Source of the DNA: Chrysomallon squamiferum
Taxonomy: Eukaryota; Animalia; Mollusca
Direction: 5' to 3'
NCBI GenBank assembly: GCA_012295275.1
Contig: CM022672.1
Location: forward strand, 3,844,001 to 3,908,000
DNA: 64,000 bases
How positions within the stretch are numbered: position 1 is the stretch's first letter; every line of letters starts with the position of its first letter. Below are positions 15,133-28,800 of the stretch, piece after piece. A program made the position numbers and the translations under genes. The notes beneath the pieces were generated by a model. It saw nothing but the letters and a program-made list of their open reading frames with translations. It was not told the origin of the DNA and made no database searches.

Positions 15133-15924
15133 CACGGTACCTTTTTTGTACCCATTGCTCTATCCCCTTTTCTCTCTTTCTCTCATTCACATTTTCGAGT
15201 CTTTCCCTCTCTTTATTATTTATGATCCAAACCCTCTCCTCTTTTAATTATTTTCCTTTTTCTTCCCTTATGTTTTCGTATTTACCATCACCGTCCTCAT
15301 CTTTTCGTGGGTTTTTTTTTCTGTGTTTTTTTCGTGGGGTTTTTCTACACATTTATTTCGTCTAGACTCTTGACCATTCTTCCGTTCTCTGATCTGACAA
15401 GGCTCGAAATCAAACCCACGGCACACGGTTAGACGCGGCCATTCTGGAAAACATTTTGTTTATGAACAACTGTGAATCGTGCTCTCAAGTTCCACAGAAC
15501 AGGCCCAGCGTGTATGCAGCCGGGCCCCGAGATAACGCCAGGAATTCGCTAGCTATGTGTAGTAATGTCATACAGATAGCACTGACCTTTGATGTTCACG
15601 TCGGCCACGACACACGCAGCTTCGCCACGAAATTCCCACTTTGACATTTGCAACCAGAGTCGCTTGCAAAAACCAGACCGTCTGAGAGCACTGCCAGAGA
15701 GTCGTAATGAAATTTTATTAAGTGGGAAAGAGTAACGTTTGATTTACGTAACAATGGGTAGTAGATAGGCAGGTGGGACGTATCATGATATTTAATGGGA
15801 CGCTGTCAAAAGTGAAATGTTAAATTAGTGGCTTATGTTATATATATATGCCACTTACAGGAACATCTGAAAGACGTACATTTACGGTAAACAACACGGC
15901 AAAAACGCATTAAAACTAATAATT

Positions 15925-15926
<2 letters not shown>

Positions 15927-15976
<50 letters not shown>

Positions 15977-16126
15977 ACTATTAGTACGTCTCTCTTTGAT
16001 ATTCCCCTCTTTTCTTTTTTCTTTAGGAAACTTTTTTTTCAGTTTTAACCTTCCCCACATCTGTGTGTCGTGGTTCTGTAGCCGTCAAGACACGGTCTGA
16101 CACAACGTAACGTTAGTCCGCTATAG
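15927..16126 (-). mobile_element. Short interspersed repeat with a (GA)n tail, copy 1
   Basis: Reverse complement of 38011-38248 (ctatagcggactaacgttacgttgtgtcaga...tggggaaggttaaaactgaaaa...tttcctaaaga). Confidence 0.8.
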
Positions 16127-16462
16127 TCTCTCTCTTTCTATCCCATATATACAGCTCTTTCCTTTCAGAAGAACATGAATCCCAACAGCTCATTTTAATT
16201 ACAGATCAAGGTTATATCACTTTATTTTCTTTCTATCAGTTTTACCTGCCTTCAAACTGATTCTGACAGACGAATGTTTATAACGGTCTCTGTAATCAGA
16301 TGGAAAGCAGCAGAATGATATTAAACTGATGGATCTAATTCTAGCAGGTTTCCTACAGGAATTCAAATATTCACACGTCCAGAAACACGCTCTATCTTTC
16401 AAATCTCTCACTTCTCGTGTGGTTCGTGCGGAGACGTGAACCAGTTGTTAAATTCTTCTTAG

Positions 16463-16737
16463 AAATAAAGAATTTTATTTAATGACGCATTCGACACCTT
16501 TTTAATCTGTGACTACATACCTGGTACATGCAGGTAAGAACTACAAAGATAATGATATGAAAGGATCATGTCACACCATAGACAATTTTATTGTTTCCGA
16601 TTAGCAGCACCCAAGCACCTTTTATGTGCACCTTCCTGAAGCTGGCATTGCACATACCTCGACCATGAGATTGTCTGAGATGGAAACTTGAAAATCAAAG
16701 TTATCTTTGGAAAAGCGACTAACTCTCTCTTTCTTTC

Positions 16738-16768
<31 letters not shown>

Positions 16769-16940
16769 CTGCTGAGATGGTTCTAGCTCTGTTGATGGAG
16801 CATTCAAACAATGCGTGATAAATGCAGGAATTAATCGGGTACACAACGTTTACTTGATTCAGTGACTGTCAGAGAAAAGGTGTTTAAGTGGTCCTCTCAG
16901 GAGGACTGATCCTGCTGACTATCGTCTCAGGTTTGCTTCA
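16463..16940 (-). mobile_element. Decayed tRNA-derived SINE, MetaSINE-like, interrupted at about 16670-16855
   Basis: Tail-like ttttatttaatgacgcattcgacac, core ttccgattagcagcac...cttttatgtgcacc...gcacatacc, and head-like ggactgatcct. These match my recollection of the mollusc MetaSINE consensus and correspond on the opposite strand to 58520-58770. Confidence 0.6.
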
Positions 16941-17996
16941 TCATCTCGTTTATTTTATTTCTAGAAAAAAAACGATTTTTCCAAAATGTCGGTCAGAATT
17001 TTCGTGATCTATGTTTGTTTTCTCGACATCTTTTCCTTTTTCTCGCCCGGCTTTTTCCGAATCGTACAATTCGGTTATTTTGTTTCCGGTTCGCTTCTTC
17101 CATCCTAAGCTGAACAGATGGCGAACAGAAAAAAAAACACCTCAGAATTAAGAGAAAGGCAGAAAAGTGGGCAATATTTAAAATGTATTATGAAATATAT
17201 TCAGAAATGGAATCTTCTATTCATCTAAAATCAGACTGACTGACTAAGCCACTGCGAAATTAAGATATTAACAGGTTAGTTACAGATAACTGGTACTGCG
17301 ATTATTCATTTCATCGGTCACATTTGATACCAAAACCCCTGACATCCGGACATTTAAACCCAATGACAACTAACAAAAGTTTGAATATTCTTCTCACGTG
17401 CAAATTGTTCTGTCACGAAACTGATACTTGGAATTGTTTTTTTTTTTTTTTTTTTTTTCAAAGAATTTTATACCAAACAAACTGTTGTGAAACATCTGTC
17501 GCCATTCCGCTGCATCCATTACAAAACCGGTAACGATGGAGACGGCCAGTTCTCGTGTAATCTCGATGAACGCGAGAGTTTCGACGGTAAAAACAGAGCA
17601 AAGCAATAATTTCTATAATTTTATTTTTACGACTAATATTTTTCCTTTTTAAATGTCATATACGTAAATTTGTATTTTAAAGAGAATTTAGAGAGGGGGT
17701 TATTACTCAGAAAACAAAAGAAATATTTAAACTCAAATCAGATCATTTTAAAAAGACTGAGCTTTCTGAATTAACATATTGTTCTTGCAAATGCAAGAAA
17801 ATGATAATTTCGTGAAGCCATTCTTCCAAGAAACACAAGCAAATCGCTGGAAAACAAAATAAACGTCACAGCAGGAGACAAACTGAAATATTTTCTACAC
17901 TGTTCTGACACAGGCGGAAGTAGTGTAATCCTGCAATTCTGGGGGGTTCAGCTTGTAACCATCTGTGAAAATAAGCTAGAAAACATGGATGAAAGT

Positions 17997-18133
17997 AGGC
18001 GCGGTTCCAAGGGGAGGGTGAGAGAAGATGTTTGGGTTTGTCCTTGCTCCCGATTATTGAGCTTAATTTTTAATTTAAAAAATTTTAATGACAAATAATA
18101 CGGCCAAAATAAAAAAAAAAAATAAATAAATAA

Positions 18134-18180
<47 letters not shown>

Positions 18181-18393
18181 TAAAATAAATAAATAAATAA
18201 AAAATATGTTATTTTTTAAATGATATATGTGTGTATTCAAAACCAGGATCAGTAGCGCCTTTGTTTTTATTCCCATCGTTACGATTAATATATATATATA
18301 TATATATTTTTTTTTTATCCTGTTTAATATTCCATGATAACCATTATCTGACGTACTCACTTTTTGAAAAAGCGGTGCCCTAGTTCCGCCCCT
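17997..18393. mobile_element. Decayed MITE-like element with GC-rich inverted termini
   Basis: Left end AGGCGCGGTTCCAAGGG versus reverse complement of right end AGGGGCGGAACTAGGG. Confidence 0.4.
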
Positions 18394-19329
18394 GAAATGA
18401 ACGCATTGTAGTCACGCCAAAGACTTAATTTAAAATCTGTTTGTTTTACATGGGTGGGGATGTGTTTTTCTAAATGCTGTGTCCGACTACACCGTCACTT
18501 CCACTGTGTGTCCACAGTGAGTCCGCAATGACCAAGACACGCCCTGTTATGGCCCCTTTTCACAGCAGCTCTAATCTCTTGCTTTTTTTTTTTTTTTTAT
18601 TATTTGCCTGTGCGTTATTGTTAGCATCAGTAGTGGGTTAAATGGGTATATCTTAATTAATTAATAAGCACGTATTTTATGTTCATGTTTGTCTATGAAA
18701 ATTAATACTTGATTTACTAACGACTAGAAAAAGATTTTTTTTTTTTTTTTATTTTTTTTATTTGAAATTTTCGTGTTTAGGGTGTGCATTATTATTAAGG
18801 AAAAGTTTGTTATGAATAAGATAATTAGTTTTTCTATTTTATTTTTATAATCCTACTCATCATCATCATCATCATCATCATTATTATTAATATAGAGATT
18901 TTACTACTGAATTAAGATTAATGTTTTTAAAATTAGGTATTTTTAAAATACGTCTAGACAAATTATCGAAGTATTAGAAGTGAAAAGGAATATTAAATTA
19001 TAAAACCATCAAGTTCGTTTAACTTTGATTAAGAGACCACCTTTTTTCTTCTCTTTTTTACTCTTTCTTTCTTTTTCTTTCCTTTTTTTTCCCCCAGTTA
19101 AAAAGAATGGAAACTAACGAATCTTGTTAGGATAATTTATTAACATCGACATTTTTTTTTTTTTTATTTTTATTTTTTTATTATTTTTTAAAAGAAGAAG
19201 AAAGAAAGAAAACAGCCTTTACGTTACAACTTTATTTTGTAAAGCAACCTGCTAAAGAAGTGAAGATTACTTTTTCTTTTTACATTAATTAATTTTTTAA
19301 TGAAATGAATTCGCAGCTTTTCAGATGTG

Positions 19330-19364
<35 letters not shown>

Positions 19365-19452
19365 GCAAAGAAGAAGAAAAGAGAGAAAAAACAACAACAA
19401 ATGGTTAGAGAAAGAAAGTGTAATATACTTTCTGCTTGGCTAATTTACCAAA

Positions 19453-20550
19453 TTAAAGGTGACACTGGCATGAGAAATAGGGCGGTGTAGACTGGATTTT
19501 AACACCTGTGTGATACAGTCCGCCTACGGCTGGCTACAGAGCAGTAAAAAAATAGAGTGGTTTCCGTTTGTTTTAGACAGGCAATATGTCTGTACGAAGC
19601 GGATATGAAAACCAGTATCGCTGAGAAAAATGTATTTTAATACATTAAATTATAACATATACATTTATAACGTTTTGTGTTTGTGATCCAGTGAAAAATG
19701 GAATTATTGCAGTAGTACAACGTAGGTGTGGTCCAAAGCAATGATATTACTAATTACTATATAACCCATACTGGACTGAAAATATATATTCTAATATAGA
19801 TATAAATGAGATATAATAATAAAGCTGCAGGTTGGGAGTTGACATTTTGAGAGGTCAAAACATATTGTGTGCATACTTATAAACCCGTATATATCGCCAG
19901 CGGTAAACTGAAAATAAGAATAAGAATAATAAATAACGTGTTGTATTATTTTGCGTCCAACAAGGAAGGCAAATATGTGACGACAAACTTACTGGGGAAG
20001 AACATTAATGTTTATCCCGATAACTTTTCAAATCAAAGAATATAACTGATTTTGGTGATTTTAGAAACTGTCTTTATGAATTTTACATCTCAATGAGTTG
20101 CTTGAATCCAATTCCGGAGATTCGAACCACTATTTATAGTATTCTGTATCAGATATCTGTAAACCTTTGCTTCAGTAATGCAGTCAGTGACGCAGTAAAA
20201 TAATTATATTCTCAGTGCTTAAATGTATTTTATGATTTGTACTGATATTTTATTTGAGTGACTCAATGGCCAACTTCCTTTGCAGCTCATAAAATATTTG
20301 TTTAGCTTGTAGCTTAGTACTGCTATTCTGCTCACGACACGCACAAAACTCTTCTGCTGTTTGTAATCACGACATAAACGTATTCGTTGGTCTGCTGTTT
20401 AGTCCTGTTTTGTTAATGTCGTGAGAATAAGAATTTAAATTTATTTAAAATCCGGTCTATTTGTAATAACCAAAGATTCGAGTGAAGTCAACAGCGAGAT
20501 AACTGATTATAAAATGATAAATAAATCATGATATCGTCTGCCATGTCCAT
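19453..20550. mobile_element. Non-autonomous DNA transposon (TTAA-AGG terminus, Kolobok-like), outer element
   Basis: Begins TTAAAGGTGACACTGGCA. Inverted match between tagactggattttaa (about 19488) and ttaaaatccggtcta (about 20445). Right end ...tctgccatgtcc. Confidence 0.55.
19820..20291. mobile_element. MITE with long imperfect TIRs, nested in the element above
   Basis: Left TAAAGCTGCAGGTTGGGAGTTGAC versus right GCCAACTTCCTTTGCAGCTCATA. Inverted similarity continues inward to tgcgtc / gacgca. Confidence 0.6.
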
Positions 20551-20552
20551 GT

Positions 20553-20877
20553 CCATCATAACCGCACGAGGACCAATTCACTGTTACGTGTTTTCGCGAA
20601 GGACACTATTTCGTGTCAGCGTTGACGTCGATGATTCTTCAGCATGAAAATTATGTCAGTGAGTTGTCGTGTTTAGTAGTCCCTTGTCTAGCAAATATAC
20701 TGCCATCCTCTGTGACATTTATGACAGCAATTTTGTAATAACTGTAATCTGCAAGTTATCCTAAGTTGTAAATTTGGGTAAGTCATTATCTGTTGTCTGT
20801 CTGTTTCTCTGTGTATGTGTGCGTGTGTATGTGTGTATATAGATATAAATAGTTAGATAGAAACACACACAACATAC

Positions 20878-20962
<85 letters not shown>

Positions 20963-21201
20963 GATATTGGTTTAATTTCTTTACAAGCTAATGTGCAGAA
21001 GAGGAGGGATGATCCTGCAGTCTATCATTCGCCGCGTTCTGACCAGGGAACTGTACTGCGACAAGCTGTTGACGTGGATGATACTTCAACGTGAAAGTTG
21101 TGTCAGTCTCTTGTCGTGTTTGTTATTCTCTCGCCTAGCAAATATACTGCCGTCCTGCGTGACATTTATGATGGCAATTTTGTAATAACAATAATCTACA
21201 A
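20553..21201. repeat. Direct duplication of about 135-190 bp, offset 447 bp
   Basis: gttgacgt(c/g)gatgat...tgtcagt...ctagcaaatatactgcc...gtgacatttatga...gcaattttgtaataac at 20621 and 21068. Confidence 0.9.
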
Positions 21202-21231
21202 GATGTTAGAATAATCCACATGCTTTGTGTA

Positions 21232-21267
<36 letters not shown>

Positions 21268-22449
21268 ACATGTTCTTAAATGATATTTTATAAAATAATT
21301 TGTCATATGAATATCGGAACTGTTAGGAGTTATGAGAACCAAAGGGATTTTTGTTGTTGTTGTTTTGTTCTTTTTTGTTGTTTGTAGGGTTTTAATTTTA
21401 TTATATTTATTAAATGTTTGTTTGTTGTTGTTTTCTAGCTTTTACATTTATAAAAAGTTAACAAAATTATATCATATGTTATTTTTTTATTTATAAACTA
21501 GGCCTTTTGGTTTTGGGGGAGGAGGGAGAAATATTATTTTAACAAAACGGGTTGAAACCGGAAAATAGCCCAGTGAATATATTACAATGATTCCGCGATT
21601 TATTTATATATATATAAAAAAAAGCCATTAATAATAAACAAACAAACAAACAAACAAATAAATAAATAAATAAATGATGTTCTAGCAAGCCAGAAGTCTG
21701 ATGTATACTTCTCGTTTAGCTGGATAACGCTTCAGTTATTTACTACCCTGATTAATCTACGACTTCATTTATTTATTTTATTTTTTTTTTTTTTTTTTTT
21801 TTTTTCTGTTTCTCTTTCTTCATTCTGTCAGTCGCTGTGGAATACAGACAGTGTATTTAATGGAGACAGAGATTTTATTTCACTCTAATCTCCCATCATT
21901 AAACGTTCTTCAAACACAGATTTTGATTGTAATTTACTGTTCCAGTGTTTGCAATTTACAAAGCCACGGGTCGTGTTGCCGAAACCCTGACTAGCTACGG
22001 AAATATAATTTTAAAAAAAACAACCCAAACAAACAACTTAAAACAAAATTCTCGTGATAAAAAGCCACAGATTTTGTTTATTAAACCAGTTTGTGTCTTG
22101 AGCTTGAAATATGACGGTAGTTTCTTTTTTCTTCCTTTCATATATTTTTTTTGTCTTTTTCCGACTAGTCAGTTGTAAATAATTTATTTTGTCTCATCGC
22201 ATGTAAATAAATTATTTTACGAGCAGATAACATTATATTTTCATTTGTAAAACTGGTTTTACTCGTATCATTGGTTTGATGTACAGTTTACTCTCACGAG
22301 AAATTTCAACATATTCTGATGACTGTAATATATTCTTGTCAACTGCAGTCTCTTTGTAGCGCTAAGAAACAATTGTAAATTTTCTTGTCGTTACAGTCAA
22401 ACCTTCCCATAACCAGTTCACTGTGTATTCTAAAAGCCAGAAGAGAGGG

Positions 22450-22606
22450 AAAACGCTCTTCTTGGATTGCTAACGAAACATTTTACTTATAAAAGATGGA
22501 TAAGATGTTTTTTTTTTTTAATGTTTTATCCATTTTCCCGTAGACACATAATCACATTATAATATCACTGCCATTGATAATTTGGACTGGAGCATTGGCC
22601 AGAATG

Positions 22607-22612
<6 letters not shown>
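22450..22612 (-). mobile_element. Decayed SINE fragment (MetaSINE-like)
   Basis: ttcccgtagacacataatcacat...gccattgata...ggagcattggccagaatggaat resembles the recalled family core. Weak match. Confidence 0.35.
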
Positions 22613-22642
<30 letters not shown>

Positions 22643-25158
22643 TAATAATAATAATACTTAATAATAATAAAAAAGCACTTTTCTCTTACTTGATGTAAAA
22701 GGAGTTCTGAGCTCTACCATGCGCTTTCGACGTAACAGTTTTATATCTTCATTTATATATTATTTTAATTAATGAAATTTTTAGCATCTTATTTTCAGTG
22801 TTTATATTTTCGGATATCTTCTGTAAACTCTATACGCGTTGTGTTTTTACTGCTATCGCTAAAACATCAGCCAGAAACAAAGACCATGAACGCTGTTAAT
22901 GGATAATTCTGCCAGTCGTTTAGCATTAGTCGGTTAATTCAGGGTTCACTGTATTTTGTCAACGTTAGTTTTCTGCGTACAGTCAATAATTGTAAATTTC
23001 CAGACGTTAGTTTGTTTACCGAATTTAACAAGTTAAAAGAGAAATAATTATTTGATGTTTTACGGAAAGTAGTCTCTTAGATCTCAGCCATTGTAAATTT
23101 AAAAGTTAATTTTAAATTTAACTTAAGTGGACCATAGCTTGCAGTCTTCGATTAAAAGTTACTTTGTATTAAAAGTTTTAGACATTGTTTGCTTTTATGT
23201 TATTCTTGTTATTTATTTATTTATTATTATTATTATTTTTTTTTTTTTTTTTTTTGGGGGGGGGTTTTTTTTTTTTTTTTTTTTTTTTTTTTGATAACAT
23301 TTAAAATATTTTGCTCTTTACGTCATGACAAAATTTGTTGTTGTTGTTGTTGTTGTTGTTATTTAATAGCACTGCTGGTTTATTTTTCTGATGTTTATGG
23401 TTATTTTAATAAATTTAAACGGAAGAAAGAAACTGTTACAGGGTTCAGGTTACCACGTGACCCAGTTCGAAGGTTAATCCTTTTGTTATTTAAAGTTTAC
23501 GGTTTCGCGAATTAGCGCCATTTGGCGACCGTGGCACGTGCTGTCGAGAAGAAATGAAATGACCGCGTGCTGAAATTAATCAGATTTAGACAGAACATCA
23601 CGTGATTTATCTCTTCGTCAGTTTCAAAATAAGCCTTTCATTTGGGCATATTGCCAGTTCGTTCTTGTTGTAGTCACTTTTGTGAAATAAAAGTATTTGT
23701 TACACACACTCACATACACACACACACACACACACATATAAACCAACAAATAATTATATTGTATACACAATAATAAAATTATAAATGTATTTTTTTTACC
23801 GCTATTCGAAAAGAAATTAAAATAATCGATAGCTCTGAATTTCCATTTATCCTTACAAAATTATTATTCGTGTTGCTAACTAAATATAATTTAATCATAA
23901 TTTCCTTTGTTCCTTATTAATTCTTTGCTTTATTCGTTATTTCCTCTACTAATTGATTTTATTATTATTATTATTATTCACTGACTGTTTGATTCATCTC
24001 ATTCATTCCTTTCCTGATTGATTTATTTATTCATTCATTAGTTCTCATAGTATTTTAGCACTTATAAACTGTTCATTCATTATTTTATTTTATTTATTTT
24101 ATTTATTTTATTATTATTATTATTTTATTTATTTTTTTTTTTTTTTTTATTTATTTATTATTATTTATTATTATTTTTTATTGTTATTTATTTCATTTTA
24201 TTTTATTATTATTATTATTATTATTATTTTAACCTTGCCTATCTCTGACATTATCTACACCACTTGTTTGCATATCAACGAAATACTTCAACAGGAATTT
24301 TTTAATCACTTGATAAAACTGTTAATATTCGCGTCATATTTAGTTAGCAAACACACGACCTTTTTCTGACTTTGTGATAAACTCTTATTAACAACTTCGA
24401 ACTTTTTAAAAACTGGATTAATACCAGATTTCGAGAGAGGAAATGCCAAACAAGTTGACATAATCTTTTCAATAAATCTTTCTAACACTGGAAAACACTG
24501 TGTTGACTGCAGCGGCAAAGAAGAGCAAATTATTGTCAAGGTTGAAACACGAATCCAAACACGTAGCATGTAAAAATGAAAGTAAAATTTTGTAGATAAA
24601 GTTTTTGAATTGATAACAAGAGAGGGGGCGGGGGGAATAAAATGAAATGTTGAATAATTGTTACTTCAAAATAATCTCAGTTAAGGTTAATCTTCGCTAG
24701 TGGTTTTGATATTGCAGCATGTTAATTAATAATAGTGGTTTATATATGTCAGTAAGGTTTTATTTTATTTTATGTTATTTATTTATTTATTTTTGTTGTT
24801 GTTGTTATTGTTAGTGTTGTTGTTGTTGTTGTTGTTGTTAGTATGGTTGTTGTTATTGTTGTTGCTTGTATAATGATAACAATAACAGAAAAATCAGTGC
24901 CATATTTTCGCATCTTCCCATAAGTCAAAGTTAAGATTTAGTCAGATGATAGGAACTAACTACCTCTCGTATTAAAACTGCTCACTCGACTATTTCAAGT
25001 AAACAGAAATTTGACACTGTGAATTTGAAACATTTTGTTTAACAGTTTTGTATACAACGCCCCCGTGAATTGTTCTACTTGATATCATAGGTGCTGAGGT
25101 CTCTTTAAGTTTAAACAGTACTCGATTAAACCTTTTCGATGTGGCTGCTTATATACAT

Positions 25159-25216
<58 letters not shown>

Positions 25217-25545
25217 GTGTATGTGTGTGAATAAGTGTGTGTGTGTGTGTATGTGTGTTTTTTATGTATGTATGTGTGAATGTGAGTACATTTTTTTTTT
25301 TTTTTTTTATGTATGTGTGTTTCTGCTGGACTAAGAGAGAATATTTTCGTTAAACGTGTAAATATTTAGAATATTCTCTTGTCAGTTTTAACTGTTTGTA
25401 GTCTTTCAGAGAACTTGTGTAGACTTTCAGCTGTTTGACTCTGGTGTATTAACAGTGTCCGTCATCACTGTGGTATATACACCGTTAGAAACACACTTAA
25501 TTAAAATGACCAGCTGCTGCTGATAAGTGAAAACAAGAAACAAAG

Positions 25546-25618
<73 letters not shown>

Positions 25619-26718
25619 GTAGTTTCAACTCGATGTTGCTTTGTTCTCTCTGCGTTGGCTTCTTTGCGGTGTATTTTTCCTGTAATTTTTGTTTTAGGCG
25701 TATATTTTTTTCTTCGTTACTATTTTAAAGCCGTATGTTTGTGAAGGTGTGTACGTTACCTGTGTCGACTGACAGATGCAGAGATAGTGTGTGACATTTT
25801 AAAAACTATCGAAAAAAATAATATCTTTTTTTAAAAGTTGTTCATATTGAAGTATACAGAAAGAGAAGGATAATAAGAAGATAGAGTTAGAAAGCGCGTG
25901 GGTGTGTGAAGGAGGTTATTTGGGTTTTTTCTCCCATCCTTTTTTGTTTCTTTCCTTCTATTTTTCCATTTTTAAAAATTGTTATTATTTTTTTTTTTGA
26001 TTATTTAATGTTTTCCTTTTCTTTTTTTCAAACTATCTTAAAATTTTAACTTCTTAGATCACTGTTGATTTACTAAACCAAATTTCAAACACTTGAATGA
26101 GTTTTACGAAAAAAATGCAATCAAACTTCCATTCCATTTATCAGTAAAAAAAATCGTTCTGTATGCAGCTGGTTTCACAAACTGAAAACAAATTGGATAA
26201 ACAGTTTATTTAATTCACTCCCCATTCTAGTCTGACTCATACCGTGTGTTAGACACTTTAACCTTGTGCCCCCTGATTGGTCAACGCTTTTCAGAAAGTG
26301 ACACGCCGCCTGGCACAAATTCGCCATTTACTGGTCAAACTTTGGCCACCTGGCAGTGGTGTATTGGTTTTAATGGACTCTGGGTTCACAAAGCCCTTCT
26401 GTCAACAGATTACAGTGAGCTGTTCCCAACCAAAGCTAGGATCTTTTGCTGTTATGGCGGAATTTAATCGCAAACAAAACCCTTGACTGGGTCGCGGCTT
26501 ATCTTACGTCACAGGTCACGTTTCCACGTTGAGAAGAAATCGTGTGACGATGTCCAGCTGTCGCTATGACAACTATAATGTTTGTATGATACTCTCTTAA
26601 CATTTTACATTGGAATAATTTTAAAAAAAAATGTTTTTAACAGAGTGAAATATAGAAGTCTAGATATATATATATATATATATACATCCATGCTCACGCA
26701 CGTATATACATACATATA

Positions 26719-26945
26719 CAGGGTGGTTCAAAAAAAATATATATAAACGTGGACAGTAAATGATAACATTTTTATTTTTGATTATCTCTGGATTATATGA
26801 AAAGAAAACAGATTAAAGTTAAATAATTGTAAGTATAAATTTTTTAAAAATATAGCACAAATACCATAGTTATAATGAACACTATTGTAATAATGTAACC
26901 CTAACCCTAACCCACATACTGTCCACTTATTTTTGGACCACCCTG
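26719..26945. mobile_element. Tc1/mariner-type MITE of about 227 bp
   Basis: TIRs CAGGGTGGTTCAAAAA...GTGGACAGTA and TACTGTCCAC...TTTTTGGACCACCCTG. TA lies directly left of the element and CA directly right. Confidence 0.75.
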
Positions 26946-26946
26946 C

Positions 26947-26993
<47 letters not shown>

Positions 26994-28185
26994 TAATAAA
27001 CATCACCACCATCATAACCAACAACAGCAACAACATTAATAGCAACAGCAGCAGCAGCAACAACAACAACAACAATAAAAATAATAATAATAAGACATAT
27101 TGTGCCACTGAGACAATCTGAGGTTAATTATCACGTTTTTGTGTATGACTAAAATCGCGGCGTGAGCGAACAACACATAAATTTAAGGCTGTGGTTTAAA
27201 GCATACAACACGTGTCTGACTACAGCTGCTTCCTGAAAAATACAATGTGAAGAAAATGTAAAATTGTTTATGATACATGTGTTTACTTTTTATCTCATTT
27301 TCCTAGTTTTCGATTCAGTGTATAATTATAATCTATTTCTCTATCTCTCTTTTTCTCTACCTCCCGTCTTTCAGTTATTACTTACATTCTTTTTTTATTT
27401 ATTAATTGTTTTTGTTTTTTGGTTTCACCTTGTTTCCTTCATTCCATTTATTTTCATTTCTAATCTCGTTATTTTTCTTTCTTATTTTAACATTTCCACT
27501 AACTTTTGCCCTATGTTTTTGTTTATCGCATATTTCTCTCGTTTTTCAATTTATATTTTTTATTGTTTTGTTTTTATTTTTATTTTTATATTTTTCAATT
27601 TTTAAAAATTTTTTTTTTGTCCTGATCTTCATAATTCCACTGAATGCTGCAGCTTGTTACGAGCATAAACTCCCCTTGCAGAACTCTTCAGCTTGTAATT
27701 AACAGCCGGAAGTCAAAGATGTCTTTATTGCGAAGCTAGCGGACTTCTTGTTTTTCACGAGTTTGACACGAAAATTGTACGAATGGAAAAGAAGAAAAAA
27801 AAAAAGAAATGTGCGGAGCAAAAAAAGAGTTGCATGTAATCATTTCTGGAATTAATCTTCTCTTTATTTTTTTTCTTCTCTAATTGGATGTCTGTAGGAA
27901 TTTGTTGGGTGGTTAGTTGTTATTATTGTTGTTGTAGCAGTGGCAGCAGAGGTTGCAGAAGTAGTAATAGTGGTAGCAGTAGCATTAGTATTAGTTGTAG
28001 TAACAATAATAGTTGTAAACTGAAGCTGACACAAACAGCACATAGTAATATATTTTAAAACGTTTTCAAATACTTTTCTTTTCAACAAATTAAAGCTGTT
28101 GTTAATATCTTTTCTTTGCACGAACATTTGCCTTTAATTCTATTAGGATAAACGAATATGTAGGTATGAAATACATAAAAGATAC

Positions 28186-28248
<63 letters not shown>

Positions 28249-28800
28249 GATATAAACACACATTAATTTTCTTTTTTTTAATTTTAATTTAATTTAATTT
28301 TTATTATTATTATTAATTTTTGTTGTTGTTGTTGCTGTTTTTGTAGTTGTTGTTTCTAAAAATTCAGAGTCAGAGTTCAGTATGTCCCGCCCAACAACCC
28401 AATCCAAATTACAATTATTCTGCACCAAATGCCTCTTGATCATTTCTAGTTATCTAAATCATTCACTGGAATAGTTCAAATAAGTCGACGATATCGACTT
28501 TTTTTTAAAAAAAAATAAAGCAGCGTCCAGCTATCGACGCGTGTTTGAAAATTTGTTTGTTCAATATCAAATTTGCATGTTTAATACCGTTTTGGAGTTT
28601 TTCGTGCACGCAATACCAATATAAAGCGAAATACGAAACCGCGGGTTAAAACGAGCGGCTTGTGCGGAGAGATTTTTCCATTATGACTTGTACAAGATGT
28701 CCTGCCCTGAAGTTGAGGAATAATAATGGAAAAGAATACTAGTCAGTGCACGTGCGCGAAAAACTGACACCTTGCAGTACAGTGAGAGTTAGCTGAAAGT

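Noticed and set aside
26351-26372. TGGCAGTG, resembling the miR-34 5' end
   Set aside because: Only the seed matches and there is no complementary hairpin arm.
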